From Anaerohalosphaeraceae bacterium (GTDB taxonomy: Bacteria > Planctomycetota > Phycisphaerae > Sedimentisphaerales > Anaerohalosphaeraceae), in NCBI GenBank assembly GCA_050309605.1, contig JBNRMN010000063.1, positions 46,758 to 110,757 of the forward strand: 64,000 nt of DNA, written 5' to 3'. Below the pieces are notes generated by a model that was not told the origin of the DNA, made no database searches, and saw only the letters and a list, made by a program, of their open reading frames with translations. The position numbers were made by a program, and so were the translations under genes. This document shows, piece by piece, positions 41,269 through 51,030 of this stretch. Position 1 is the first letter of the stretch; the number at the start of each line of letters is the position of its first letter.

Positions 41269-42654
41269 TTAGTCCATCGCCAACCGCCGGATCACATCGA
41301 CGGCCGCCTCAAGACCGGCGGTCCGCGAGCCTTTGACCAGTATTATATCGGCAGGACGGATAAAACTGTGCAATTTATCACACAACTCGGCGGTATCGGC
41401 AAAGAATTTGCAGGCATCGGCATCCAGCCCGCCTTCGGCCGCACCGGTGATGATCTGCGGCGCAAACGGTCCGCAGGCCAGCAGACACGCGACGCCGGCG
41501 CGTGCGGCCTGGTGTCCAAGCTGATGGTGCAGTTGGGCCGCAAGTGATCCCAGCTCGCCCATACTGCCGGCGACAAACACCGCACGCCGTCCGGTTCGCC
41601 CGCTCAGACGCGACAGGGCCTCCAGTGCATTGCTCATCGAGGCGGGATTGGCGTTGTAGCAGTCGTTCAGCAGGGTCATACGTCCGATAGTTTCAGCCGC
41701 AAGTCGCATGGGAATCGGCGAAACGGTCTGAATTGCCTCGATAAAGTCCGATAACGCAACCTTAAGGTCGCGGCAAATCGACCAAACGGTCAGCACATTC
41801 ATCAAATTGGCCCGACCGGGCAGGGGAACGTCAACGGTCTTGCCCTCAATCGTCAGCCGTCCGGTCAGCCCGTCCGAAGCCAGGTCCGTTCCGATAATAT
41901 CACAACCGGCAGTCGTCCCGAAGGTTTTGACCCGACATCCGAGTGTTTTAGCGTATTCGGCCAGTTCGGGCTGATCGCCGTTGACATAGAGCGTGCCGTC
42001 GGCGTTGAGACCTTTGGCGATCGATGTTTTTTCAACAAGAATGTTCTCTATACTGCCAAAGCCTTCCAGGTGTGCCGGTCCGATAAGCGTAATGCAGGCC
42101 GCGTCCGGTTTGGCAATTCGGGCAAGCAGTTCAATCTCGCCGGGATGATTGGTCCCCAGCTCCAGCAGCAGCATCTCGCTGTCCGGCGGCGCGGCAAGAA
42201 TCGTCAGCGGCACGCCGATATGGTTGTTGAAACTTTTGACGGCCTGGTGACAGCGGTAAAAGCGGCTCAGCACATGATGCAGGATATGGCGCGTAGTGGT
42301 CTTGCCCGCCGAGCCGGTCATGGCGATGACATGGGCTGAAAGCTGTCGGCGATACCACCGCGCCAGCGTCGCCAGTGCACCGAGCACACTGTGGACTACA
42401 ATCACCGGCACGGCCTTATCGGACGGCAAATCAATCGCACGCTCGGCGATGATGCAGGCGGCCCCTTTGCCGGCGACCTCGGCGGCAAAGTCATGTCCGT
42501 CGAAGTGTTCGCCCCTGACGGCGAAAAACGCCTGTCCGGGCCGGATCGTGCGCGAATCAATCGCTGCCCCGCGAATCGGCGTATCGGGCTTAATCGCGGT
42601 CGAACACTCAGCGCCCAACACGGCAATAACATTTTGTATGGTGGTTGCGATCAT
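41269..42654 (-). CDS. murF: UDP-MurNAc-tripeptide--D-Ala-D-Ala ligase
   Basis: DSR, TGSAGKTTT, NNHIGVP, DCYNANP, MGELG, VKGSR. Confidence 0.95.
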   Translation of the reverse strand: MIATTIQNVIAVLGAECSTAIKPDTPIRGAAIDSRTIRPGQAFFAVRGEHFDGHDFAAEVAGKGAACIIAERAIDLPSDKAVPVIVVHSVLGALATLARWYRRQLSAHVIAMTGSAGKTTTRHILHHVLSRFYRCHQAVKSFNNHIGVPLTILAAPPDSEMLLLELGTNHPGEIELLARIAKPDAACITLIGPAHLEGFGSIENILVEKTSIAKGLNADGTLYVNGDQPELAEYAKTLGCRVKTFGTTAGCDIIGTDLASDGLTGRLTIEGKTVDVPLPGRANLMNVLTVWSICRDLKVALSDFIEAIQTVSPIPMRLAAETIGRMTLLNDCYNANPASMSNALEALSRLSGRTGRRAVFVAGSMGELGSLAAQLHHQLGHQAARAGVACLLACGPFAPQIITGAAEGGLDADACKFFADTAELCDKLHSFIRPADIILVKGSRTAGLEAAVDVIRRLAMD

Positions 42655-42671
42655 GGAATACAAGTTTCCCG

Positions 42672-44105
42672 CTACAGGCACGCCAGCGCCTCCTGAGCCG
42701 CCAGAACATCGCTGAAGTTGTGTTTCTTAGTACCGATGATTTGGTACGTTTCATGGCCTTTTCCGGCAATCAGGACGACATCGCCGTGCTGTGCCTGCGA
42801 AACGGCTCGAAAGATGGCCTTCTTGCGGTCCGGCTCAACGAAGACATCGTTTCGTTTATCGGACGAAAAGCCTGCACAGATCTCCTTGATGATTGTCTGC
42901 GGGTCTTCGGTGCGGGGGTTGTCGCTGGTGACGATAATCTCATCGGCCAGCGTCTCGGCGGCTCGCGCCATCCGCGGACGTTTGGTCTTGTCGCGGTCGC
43001 CGCCGCAGCCGAAGACGACCCACAGCCGCCCGCGGCAAATCGGCCGCAGCGTCGTGAGTACATTGGCCAGTGCGTCGTCAGTATGCGCATAATCAACAAA
43101 CACGCGCAGACCCCGCCGCTCGGCCATCGGTGAGGCCACCGGCTCAAGACGACCGGGAACGTACTGCAGGGCCGACAATCCCTGGCTAATCGCCGACAGA
43201 CTGAATCCGGCCGCCAGAGACAACCCGGCCGCGGCCAGGTGGTTGCTGATATTGTGCATCCCGCACAGCGGGGTCACAACTTTTTCCATCACTCCGCCGA
43301 ATTGAATGCTGAATTCGCTGCCGGTATCGTCCATCCGATGGATATGAGCGATGACATCGGCCGGCTGCTCAATGGCATACCATAAAATCCGCCGCTTGAT
43401 GCGGGCGGCGATGGCTTTGGCCGCCTCGGACTGGGCATTGAGCACCGCCATCCCGTGGGGCGGCAGATTTTCAAACAGCGACGCTTTGGCCGTCAGATAG
43501 TTGTCCGATGTTTTGTGGTAGTCCAGATGATCGCCGGTCAGGTTGGTAAAGGCCGCTGCGGTAAACGCGATGCCCGCCAGGCGATGCTGGCTCAGGGCGT
43601 GGCTGCTGGCCTCGACCATCATATAGCGTGCGCCGCTGTCAAGTGCCTGCCGGGCCGTCTGAGCCAGGGTCAGTGCGTCCGGCGTGGTCAAAAGAGCCTC
43701 CACGGTCATTGAGCCGGCGCTATAGACAATCGTCCCGATCAGGGCACAGGATGCACCGGCCGTTTCAATGACCGACCGTACCAGATAGGCGGTCGTGGTC
43801 TTGCCGTTGGTGCCGGTCACTGCCAGATTGGTCATGTGACTGTTCGGGTTACCCCAGGCCGCCTGCGCCAGCAGGCCGAGGGCCTCTGCGCTGTTTTCCA
43901 CAAGGACGCAATCGCCGTCGTTGGACGGCTGTTCGGCCACGATATACCGCGCGCCGCGCTGCCGCGCCGTCGGAATGAACTGATGACCGTCGGCCCGGAC
44001 GCCGCGAATCGCCACAAAACAATCGCCCGGCTGAATCTGCCGCGAGTCGGCGCAGACTCGAATGCCGCCCGATTGCACTAAAGCCAATAATTGGGTAAAT
44101 GTCAT
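42672..44105 (-). CDS. murE: UDP-MurNAc-L-Ala-D-Glu--meso-DAP ligase
   Basis: TGTNGKTT, TTPD, EASSH, DHLDYH, DYAHT, GCGGDRD, DNPR (DAP-type), GKGHE. Confidence 0.96.
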   Translation of the reverse strand: MTFTQLLALVQSGGIRVCADSRQIQPGDCFVAIRGVRADGHQFIPTARQRGARYIVAEQPSNDGDCVLVENSAEALGLLAQAAWGNPNSHMTNLAVTGTNGKTTTAYLVRSVIETAGASCALIGTIVYSAGSMTVEALLTTPDALTLAQTARQALDSGARYMMVEASSHALSQHRLAGIAFTAAAFTNLTGDHLDYHKTSDNYLTAKASLFENLPPHGMAVLNAQSEAAKAIAARIKRRILWYAIEQPADVIAHIHRMDDTGSEFSIQFGGVMEKVVTPLCGMHNISNHLAAAGLSLAAGFSLSAISQGLSALQYVPGRLEPVASPMAERRGLRVFVDYAHTDDALANVLTTLRPICRGRLWVVFGCGGDRDKTKRPRMARAAETLADEIIVTSDNPRTEDPQTIIKEICAGFSSDKRNDVFVEPDRKKAIFRAVSQAQHGDVVLIAGKGHETYQIIGTKKHNFSDVLAAQEALACL

Positions 44106-44321
44106 CCGCTTCTCTGGTGTCGTAAAAATTCAATTTCAAAAAGCCACATTCATACTATCGGCCAAACGCGCGTTTGACAATAGCCCGATTGCCCCCGTAC
44201 AAGCGAAGGAAGCCTTATCGCCCTGAAATTCCATTTGCATTGTTCCGGACAAGTCGATATGATACATTCCGTTTTGTGGGAGTCCCTTAAATCGAATGTC
44301 AACGCCGTGAAAACGCCGCCC

Positions 44322-45194
44322 GTGAACGAGACCTGGACCATACAACGCCTGCTGAACTGGATTACGGAGTATTTTACCCGAAAGGGGATCGACAGCCCCC
44401 GTCTCAGTGCCGAGCTGCTGTTGTGTCACGTCCTTGAACTGGAGCGCATCCAGCTCTACACGTTGTTTGACCGTGTCGTGCACAAGCCGCAGCTTGACGC
44501 CCTGCACGCCCTGGTCAAGCGGGCCGCGGAACACGAGCCGGTGGCGTATCTGGTAGGGCGGTGCGAGTTTTATTCGCTGTCGCTGGCCATCACGCCGGAC
44601 TGCCTGATTCCTCGTCCGGAAACGGAGCTGCTGGTCGAGCAGGCGATCCATTTTCTGCGCCGGCGCAACGGCCCGCAGGCCGTGCTGGATGTGTGTACGG
44701 GATCGGGCTGCATTGCCGCGGCCGTTGCCAAAAACGTCCCCGATGCGACAGTCACCGCTGCCGACATTTGTGAAGCGGCCCTGTCGGTTGCGGCCAAAAA
44801 CATCGAAACGCACGGCCTGGCCGAACGGGTGCGGCTGCTGTGCGGTGATCTGTTCGATCCGGTTATCAAGGGCCTTGACGCGCCGGCTTATGACTTGATT
44901 GTATCCAATCCGCCGTATGTCAGTCAGGCCGAGTACGACACGCTGGACAAAAACGTCAAAGATTATGAGCCGAAACACGCCCTGCTGGCCGGGGCTGACG
45001 GGCTGGATGTCTATCGGCGCATTGCAGCACAGGTCGGCGACTTTCTCAAACCCGACGGCGCGCTGATGCTGGAGATCGGCTATTTACAGGGCAAGGCCGT
45101 ACGCGCCCTGCTCGAACAGACCGGCTTGTTCAGCGATATCCGAATCGAAAAAGACCTCGCCGGCTGCGAGCGAATCGCCGTCGCCCGGCGATAG
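44322..45194 (+). CDS. prmC: release factor glutamine methyltransferase
   Basis: EPVAYLVG, LIPRPETE, DVCTGSG, SNPPY; start codon uncertain. Confidence 0.93.
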   Translation: MNETWTIQRLLNWITEYFTRKGIDSPRLSAELLLCHVLELERIQLYTLFDRVVHKPQLDALHALVKRAAEHEPVAYLVGRCEFYSLSLAITPDCLIPRPETELLVEQAIHFLRRRNGPQAVLDVCTGSGCIAAAVAKNVPDATVTAADICEAALSVAAKNIETHGLAERVRLLCGDLFDPVIKGLDAPAYDLIVSNPPYVSQAEYDTLDKNVKDYEPKHALLAGADGLDVYRRIAAQVGDFLKPDGALMLEIGYLQGKAVRALLEQTGLFSDIRIEKDLAGCERIAVARR

Positions 45195-45198
45195 CCCC

Positions 45199-46167
45199 TT
45201 ACCATGGCGCACACCCGACCAGCCAGTACATCGCCAGCAGGCGCAGGTCGGCAAGATTGACCGCGTCATCGTAGTCGAAGTTGCCTTCTTCCCATGTCGC
45301 TGCGGGCATTGGCCCTGTCATCCAATAGGCCGCGACCGTCGCCACATCCGCCAGATTGACACAGCCGTCTCGATTGGCATCGCCCGGTAGTGGCTCAGGC
45401 GCCGTGGTGGGATTGGACAGATTCAGTGCATGGCTTAGCTCCAGGCAGATGTCGTCCAGATAAACGGGGCCGAGGTTCACGCCGCTGGCGCCGCCGGCGG
45501 TTTTGATATGAAATGTTTTCAGGTCGCTGTTTTTGCCGGAGCGAAAATCAAAGACCTCATCGCTGTCGTCCCCGGCCAGCTTGTCAGCCGGATCGGCGTC
45601 AGCCCCCGGCACATCATTGAGCCAGATTTCGTAGCTGTTTTGCGCTGCATCAACCCGGACCCACACATTATACCAGCGATCCGCGGCCAACTGGGTTAAG
45701 ACCTTGTAATTGCTGCCGTCATCGTCCCAGACGCGCAGGTCGAGATTCTGTGCACTGTTGGCCATGCCGATTTCCGGAGCAAAGTCGCTGAATTCCGACG
45801 GCCAGGTCAAATGCGACAGCCCAACGCTGAAGGTTTGCTTGCGGCTGACGCGCAGTCGCATAAAGAGCATCCGCGTTGTCCCGTTCAGGACGCCGACGTA
45901 TTCAAGCCCCAGCGATTTTCGCAGAATGGATGACTCGGACGGCACATATAGGCATTGGTTGTCTGGATTGTCCGGGTCGGCGACGACTGCGATATTGACG
46001 CTGCCGGACATCCAGCCGTCCTGCCCGCCGACCGGACCGAGCAGCTTGTCCTGAAAATCGTCAAACAACCGGTAATCTGCCCGTACCTCGGCGCCCATCA
46101 TTGCCGTAAACGCTGCCGCGATGAACAACCCAAACAGTGAACAAACTGGAAATGATCTACTTTGCAT
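45199..46167 (-). CDS. exported protein with C-terminal dockerin-like double EF-hand
   Basis: Signal peptide; beta-sandwich-like core; GDANRDGCVNLAD...GNFDYDDAVNLADL...W. Confidence 0.75.
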   Translation of the reverse strand: MQSRSFPVCSLFGLFIAAAFTAMMGAEVRADYRLFDDFQDKLLGPVGGQDGWMSGSVNIAVVADPDNPDNQCLYVPSESSILRKSLGLEYVGVLNGTTRMLFMRLRVSRKQTFSVGLSHLTWPSEFSDFAPEIGMANSAQNLDLRVWDDDGSNYKVLTQLAADRWYNVWVRVDAAQNSYEIWLNDVPGADADPADKLAGDDSDEVFDFRSGKNSDLKTFHIKTAGGASGVNLGPVYLDDICLELSHALNLSNPTTAPEPLPGDANRDGCVNLADVATVAAYWMTGPMPAATWEEGNFDYDDAVNLADLRLLAMYWLVGCAPW

Positions 46168-46469
46168 CTGTTTTCTCCTGTATTTGTCCGGCGCCTGGGC
46201 ACCACTTCTGATGCATCCACAGGGTGTCATCGGTGCAGGACGTGTGTTTTCTCCGTTTACGCAAGGCACTCATCAGGAGTGCAAGACGCTTATTATTATC
46301 AGAGAAACGACAGACAAAAGCAAGAAAAAACCTGCCCCCAAAATGCGCCGGCGGGCTGATGAACTTCCAAACACACGCTTGCTCCCTGTCCGGCGACAGG
46401 GTAATATATATCCCATTCAATGTGGTCGAAAATCCAGACGTGAAACTTAGGTTTAAGGAGTGTGTACTT

Positions 46470-48446
46470 ATGGGAACGATGCGATGGTCTTTGTGGATTC
46501 TGTTTGCCGTCTGCCTGACCGCTGCGACCGTGTCGGCGGACGTCCGGCTGCCGGCGGTCTTTTCCGATCAGATGGTGCTCCAGCAGCGCAGCAGCGTGGT
46601 CATTTGGGGCTGGGCCGAACCGGGCGAGCGGGTTCGAGTCAAAGGTTCCTGGCAGTGGCTGGGCGGCGCAACGACTGTCGCCGATGACCGGGGCCAGTGG
46701 CGCGTTCAGTTGAACACCCCCCGCGCCGGCGGACCGCACACGCTGACCGTTCAGGGCAACAATGAAATTGTCCTCAACGATGTGCTCATCGGCGAGGTCT
46801 GGCTCTGTTCGGGACAGTCGAATATGGAATGGACGTTTAGCCGACTCAATACCAACGAGGCGCGAAACGCCGTTCAAACCGCCGATTTTCCTCACATTCG
46901 TCTGTTTACCGTTCAAAAAAATATCGCCCTTGAGCCGCAGGCCGACTGTACCGGCCAGTGGCAGATTTGCACGCCCGAAACGGTGCGCGAATTCTCGACG
47001 GTAGCGTATTACTATGGACGCGCGCTGCATCAGGCGCTCGATGTGCCCATCGGTCTGATCAATACCAGTTGGGGCGGCACGGTCGCCGAGGCCTGGACCA
47101 GTGCCGAGGCGTTGCGGGCGCACGGCGATTTTGAAGACGTGCTCGATCGCATCCAAAACCCCCAAGCGTATGAGCAGGCCGCCAAAGCCCGATTCGAAAA
47201 AGAACTGGACGAATGGGAAAAATCACTGGCTGCCATTGATCCCGGCACAAAAGAAAACTGGCACCATCCGCTCTATGACGACGGCGACTGGAAGACAATG
47301 GAGCTGCCGAGTCTCTGGAGCGGGACGGAACTGGCAGAGGTCGATGGGATTGTGTGGTTTCGCCGGGTGACCAATCTGCCGCCCTCGTGGGCGCGTAATG
47401 ACCTTGAACTGCATCTGGGGCCGATTGACGACATTGATACCGTGTGGGTCAACGGTGTGCAGATCGGCACCACCCGCGGGTGGGATAAGCCGCGAAAGTA
47501 CCGGCTGCCGGCCTCTGTGTTGCGGGTCGGCCCGAATGTCATCGCCGTTCGCGTGATTGATTTGCGCAGCGAAGGCGGTTTCGGCGGAACCGAAGAGGAT
47601 ATGCGAATCGGCCCGCCCGGCGCTGACGTCAAAGCCTGTGCTACGGTGGCCCGCACGTGGAAATACAAAGTCGGCTTTGCAGGGACCGTCCCGCCTCCGC
47701 CTCAGCCGGCTGAGCAGGCCGTCAATCAGAATACGCCGACCGCGCTTTACAACGCGATGATCCACCCGCTGATTCCCTTCCGCATTGCCGGAGCGATCTG
47801 GTATCAGGGCGAATCCAATCGGAACCGTGCGATCCAATATCGCACGCTGTTTCCGGCGATGATTCGGGATTGGCGGAGCCAATGGGGACAGGGTCAGTTT
47901 CCGTTTTATTATGTGCAGATTGCCCCGTACAGTTACGGCAACAGCAAGGCGGTTGACTCGGCCCTGCTGCGCGAAGCCCAGATGCTGACGCTCAAGGCCG
48001 TGTCCAACGTCGGCATGGCCGTAACGATGGACATCGGCGAAGAAAACGACATCCATCCGCAAAATAAATGGGATGTCGGCAAACGGCTGAGCCTGTGGGC
48101 ACTGGCACAGACCTACGATCAGCGCGATCTGGTCTATGCCGGGCCGCTGTATCGGTCCATGAAGGTTCAGGGCAATGCGATCCGCGTCTCGTTTGATCAT
48201 GTCGGTTCGGGTTTGGTCGCCCAGGGCGGGCCGTTAACCGATTTTGAGATTGCCGGCATCGACCGCACGTTCGTCCCGGCCCAGGCCGTCATCGAAAGCC
48301 GCAATACCGTGCTGGTTTCCAGCCCTGACGTGCCCAACCCGGTGGCGGTGCGGTACGCCTTTAGAAACTGGGCGCAGCCGAATTTGTTCAACGCCGAAGG
48401 GCTGCCGGCCTCGTCGTTTCGAACGGACAATTGGCCGATTGAATAA
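46470..48446 (+). CDS. sialate O-acetylesterase with inserted sugar-binding domain
   Basis: LPAVFSDQMVLQ, GEVWLCSGQSNM, WGGT, IWYQGESN, DIHP; AAGGAG RBS. Confidence 0.9.
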   Translation: MGTMRWSLWILFAVCLTAATVSADVRLPAVFSDQMVLQQRSSVVIWGWAEPGERVRVKGSWQWLGGATTVADDRGQWRVQLNTPRAGGPHTLTVQGNNEIVLNDVLIGEVWLCSGQSNMEWTFSRLNTNEARNAVQTADFPHIRLFTVQKNIALEPQADCTGQWQICTPETVREFSTVAYYYGRALHQALDVPIGLINTSWGGTVAEAWTSAEALRAHGDFEDVLDRIQNPQAYEQAAKARFEKELDEWEKSLAAIDPGTKENWHHPLYDDGDWKTMELPSLWSGTELAEVDGIVWFRRVTNLPPSWARNDLELHLGPIDDIDTVWVNGVQIGTTRGWDKPRKYRLPASVLRVGPNVIAVRVIDLRSEGGFGGTEEDMRIGPPGADVKACATVARTWKYKVGFAGTVPPPPQPAEQAVNQNTPTALYNAMIHPLIPFRIAGAIWYQGESNRNRAIQYRTLFPAMIRDWRSQWGQGQFPFYYVQIAPYSYGNSKAVDSALLREAQMLTLKAVSNVGMAVTMDIGEENDIHPQNKWDVGKRLSLWALAQTYDQRDLVYAGPLYRSMKVQGNAIRVSFDHVGSGLVAQGGPLTDFEIAGIDRTFVPAQAVIESRNTVLVSSPDVPNPVAVRYAFRNWAQPNLFNAEGLPASSFRTDNWPIE

Positions 48447-48468
48447 GCCAAAAAAAAATGAAAAATTT

Positions 48469-48498
48469 AAGCCCGGAAAACCGTTTCCGGGTTTTTTT
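48469..48498 (+). terminator. intrinsic terminator
   Basis: AAGCCCGGAAA-ACCG-TTTCCGGGTT hairpin followed by a T tract. Confidence 0.75.
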
Positions 48499-48542
48499 AT
48501 GGCGTTTTTTTCGGACCTTGCGGTCAATTCGCCCTCGAGCGT

Positions 48543-48572
48543 TTGACAGGCGGCATTGATTTTTGGTACAGT
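48543..48572 (+). promoter_or_regulatory. sigma70-like promoter A of the PEP-CTERM-like array
   Basis: TTGACA-18 bp-TACAGT. Confidence 0.55.
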
Positions 48573-48578
48573 ACCGCC

Positions 48579-48664
48579 TTCGGAGAGTTGTGGTGTGGAA
48601 AGATCAACACCGGAAAAAGGAGTTTTCCATCTGAGTGTGTAACAGCGCGCAGCGTCTTTCCGAA
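48579..48664 (+). ncRNA. candidate four-way-junction leader RNA, copy A
   Basis: Stems TTCGGAGAG/CTTTCCGAA, GGTGT/ACACC, GGAAAA/TTTTCC and GTGTGT/GCGCGC (G-U rich), paired by eye. Confidence 0.4.
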
Positions 48665-48794
48665 AACAATGGGGGGTGGTCTATCCATCCGGGTTTGCCC
48701 AACGAAGGGAGTCTCCCATGAGTTGTCGTTTCGGCCTCCGTGTCGGGGCCGCTGAAACGGGACATGAACTCTAATTTCAGAACGGGAGAATACG

Positions 48795-49412
48795 ATGAAA
48801 AAGATGATGCTGATGCTTGCGGTGCTGGCCGTGTGGGCCGCGCCGAGTCTGGCCGCTCCGACGTGTACCGTAACGACCGGAGGCGGCGCCTGGCCTCAAT
48901 CGCCCTATACCGTGAACCTCACCGGCGATCTGAGCCAATGGCAGGCGTACCATATTACGTCCAATTTCAACACCTTCTGCGTGCAGAGCGGTGTTGTCTT
49001 CGAATTGAACAAGACGTATTACGTGACCATCGAAGACCAGATTCGTCAAGCTCCGACAATGCCGCTGGCCGATACCACCAAACAGCTTTATGCGGCCTAT
49101 CTGAACGGTTCGCTGAGCGGCTATTCGGCCAATGAGGTTCAGGTGACGGTGTGGGATTCGCTCGGGATGACACCGATGTACAGCACCACGGCGACTTCGT
49201 TTTTGAGTGCGTTTCAGGCCAATCTGGGCAGTTATGACCTTACCGGCTGGCAGCATGTCAAAGCCCTGAACCTGTGGGCCAATGCTGATCTGACCGGCGA
49301 TGTGCAGTCGCAGTTGGTGATGGTTACTCCGATTCCCGCGCCGGGCGCGATTGTGCTGGGCGGTCTGGGTACAAGCCTGGTCGGCTGGCTGCGTCGTCGC
49401 CGGTCGCTGTGA
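48795..49412 (+). CDS. PEP-CTERM-like surface protein 1
   Basis: Signal peptide; tail IPAPGAIVLGGLGTSLVGWLRRRRSL. Confidence 0.88.
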   Translation: MKKMMLMLAVLAVWAAPSLAAPTCTVTTGGGAWPQSPYTVNLTGDLSQWQAYHITSNFNTFCVQSGVVFELNKTYYVTIEDQIRQAPTMPLADTTKQLYAAYLNGSLSGYSANEVQVTVWDSLGMTPMYSTTATSFLSAFQANLGSYDLTGWQHVKALNLWANADLTGDVQSQLVMVTPIPAPGAIVLGGLGTSLVGWLRRRRSL

Positions 49413-49531
49413 GATGTAGGAATGTAGGCCGGCCCAGCGCCGCAGCGCTGAGGCCCCCGATGTAAGAGAACTTCGCCGGTGTGCGGCGAGGTGAGACTAT
49501 ACGAATGATTTTTGGACATAGGAGAAAGGTG

Positions 49532-50143
49532 ATGAAAAAAGGACTCACACTGACACTTGCCGCGATTGCGTTTGTATCCGTTGCGGCGCCGGCGGCCCCG
49601 GTATTTTTTGATGATTTCAACGCCGAAAACGGCGGCGTCGGACAGCTCAATTATACGGGCTTTGTCAATTGGACGGTATCGGACGGCACGGTGGATTTGA
49701 TCGGCAATGGGTTCCACGACTTTTTACCCGGCAACGGCCTGTATGTGGATATGGACGGCTCGACCGGAAACGCCGGCAAGATGATGACCTCTGGGCCGAT
49801 TTCGCTGCAGGCCGGAACCTACGCATTGTCGTATGAGCTGGCCGGCAACCAGCGCAACACCCAGCAGGAAACCGTCTTTGTCGAGGTGCACGTGGGACTG
49901 TTCTCGACAAGCCATTCGCTGGCCAAAGACGCTCCGTTTACCTTGTTCACGCAGCAATTTACCCTCGCCTCGGCCCAGGATATCGCCATCAGCTTTGAAG
50001 GCGCCGGCGGCGACAACATTGGGATGCTGCTGGATAACGTCAAAATCGAAGCGATCTCCGTGGTTCCGACGCCGGGCGCGATTGTGCTGGGCGGTCTGGG
50101 TACAAGCCTGGTCGGCTGGCTGCGTCGTCGGCGTGCGCTGTAA
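49532..50143 (+). CDS. PEP-CTERM-like surface protein 2
   Basis: Signal peptide; FFDDF...WTVSDGTVDLIG...YVDMDGS beta domain; tail VPTPGAIVLGGLGTSLVGWLRRRRAL. Confidence 0.88.
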   Translation: MKKGLTLTLAAIAFVSVAAPAAPVFFDDFNAENGGVGQLNYTGFVNWTVSDGTVDLIGNGFHDFLPGNGLYVDMDGSTGNAGKMMTSGPISLQAGTYALSYELAGNQRNTQQETVFVEVHVGLFSTSHSLAKDAPFTLFTQQFTLASAQDIAISFEGAGGDNIGMLLDNVKIEAISVVPTPGAIVLGGLGTSLVGWLRRRRAL

Positions 50144-50290
50144 GATCAGGTAGGTAGGCCGGCCGCAGTGCCGGGGCGACCGATAGGGACGGCTTGAAAC
50201 CGTCGAGAATGCCAAAAAGGCGACAAAGCATGTCGATTGATGGCGTCCTCGGCGGATTTATACCAAAAGGGTTTCTGTCGAGATTGAGTA

Positions 50291-50462
50291 ACTCAAACTC
50301 GCCCGACGGCCAGTTTGAGAGATCTAAAATCATAATAGAAAGAGAAAAATTGAGGATTCGCCCTTTCGGGCGAGCTATTTGATGGGCTTTTTTAGGGTGG
50401 TGTAACGTCTTTTATGGGATATAGTTATGTCAAAATAGAACCGGTTTTCCGTCCGTTTGAGT
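50291..50462. mobile_element. MITE-like element, copy 3
   Basis: Ends ACTCAAAC.../...GTTTGAGT; core AAAATTGAGGATTCGCCCTTTCGGGCGAGC identical to copy 1. Confidence 0.72.
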
Positions 50463-50504
50463 TCGTAAAAAATAAAGCTTTTTTCGGACTTCATGGTTTT
50501 TTGG

Positions 50505-50545
50505 TTGACAAACCCCTAATTGACTGTTTATAATTACAGTCAATT
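50505..50545 (+). promoter_or_regulatory. sigma70-like promoter B with a palindrome over the -10
   Basis: TTGACA-18 bp-TATAAT; perfect inverted repeat AATTGACTGT-N8-ACAGTCAATT (50518-50545). Confidence 0.7.
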
Positions 50546-50553
50546 GGAGAAAT

Positions 50554-50626
50554 GCGGAGAGGCACGCGATGCATCGTGCGGGAAAATGTCAAGTCCCTTC
50601 TTTCGGCGATCAGTGGTCGCCTCCGC
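50554..50626 (+). ncRNA. candidate four-way-junction leader RNA, copy B
   Basis: Stems GCGGAG/CTCCGC, GCACG/CGTGC, GGGA/TCCC, GCGATC/GGTCGC. Confidence 0.5.
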
Positions 50627-51030
50627 TTGAAAAAAAGAGGAATGAATCGAAGTTTCGCGGCTGTTGACGCCGCACAGGCCACGGAGAGTCCCTGGTGTGG
50701 GTCGCGGCAGTCAGCGTCCATGCAGTGTGATGAAAAATGAAATATCCGGACAGGGAGAAAATCAGTGAAGAGAATTCTTCGACGAGGGGAGAATTTTTCT
50801 TCAGTTCAATCCGACACGCCGGCGGCGTGGTCCTTTCCTGTTGTATTCCGGGCCGAAGGTCTGATTCACTGCGTCGTTTTGGGATCGTATCGCTGACCCA
50901 ATCGAAGGAGTGAAAGGAGAAGTGCCTATTGAGCAAGACCGAAGAAACAGAAGAAATAAGCACGATAGAAATGTAAGAAGGTAAGAATGTAAATGGTCAT
51001 GTTGATTTACTGAGAAAGCGAGGTAAGAAG

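Noticed and set aside
39971..44105. Peptidoglycan genes in a probable planctomycete as a novelty
   Set aside because: Peptidoglycan synthesis is established in Planctomycetota.
50554..50626. Leader four-way junctions as tRNA genes
   Set aside because: No TTC T-loop, D-loop or 7-nt anticodon loop consensus.
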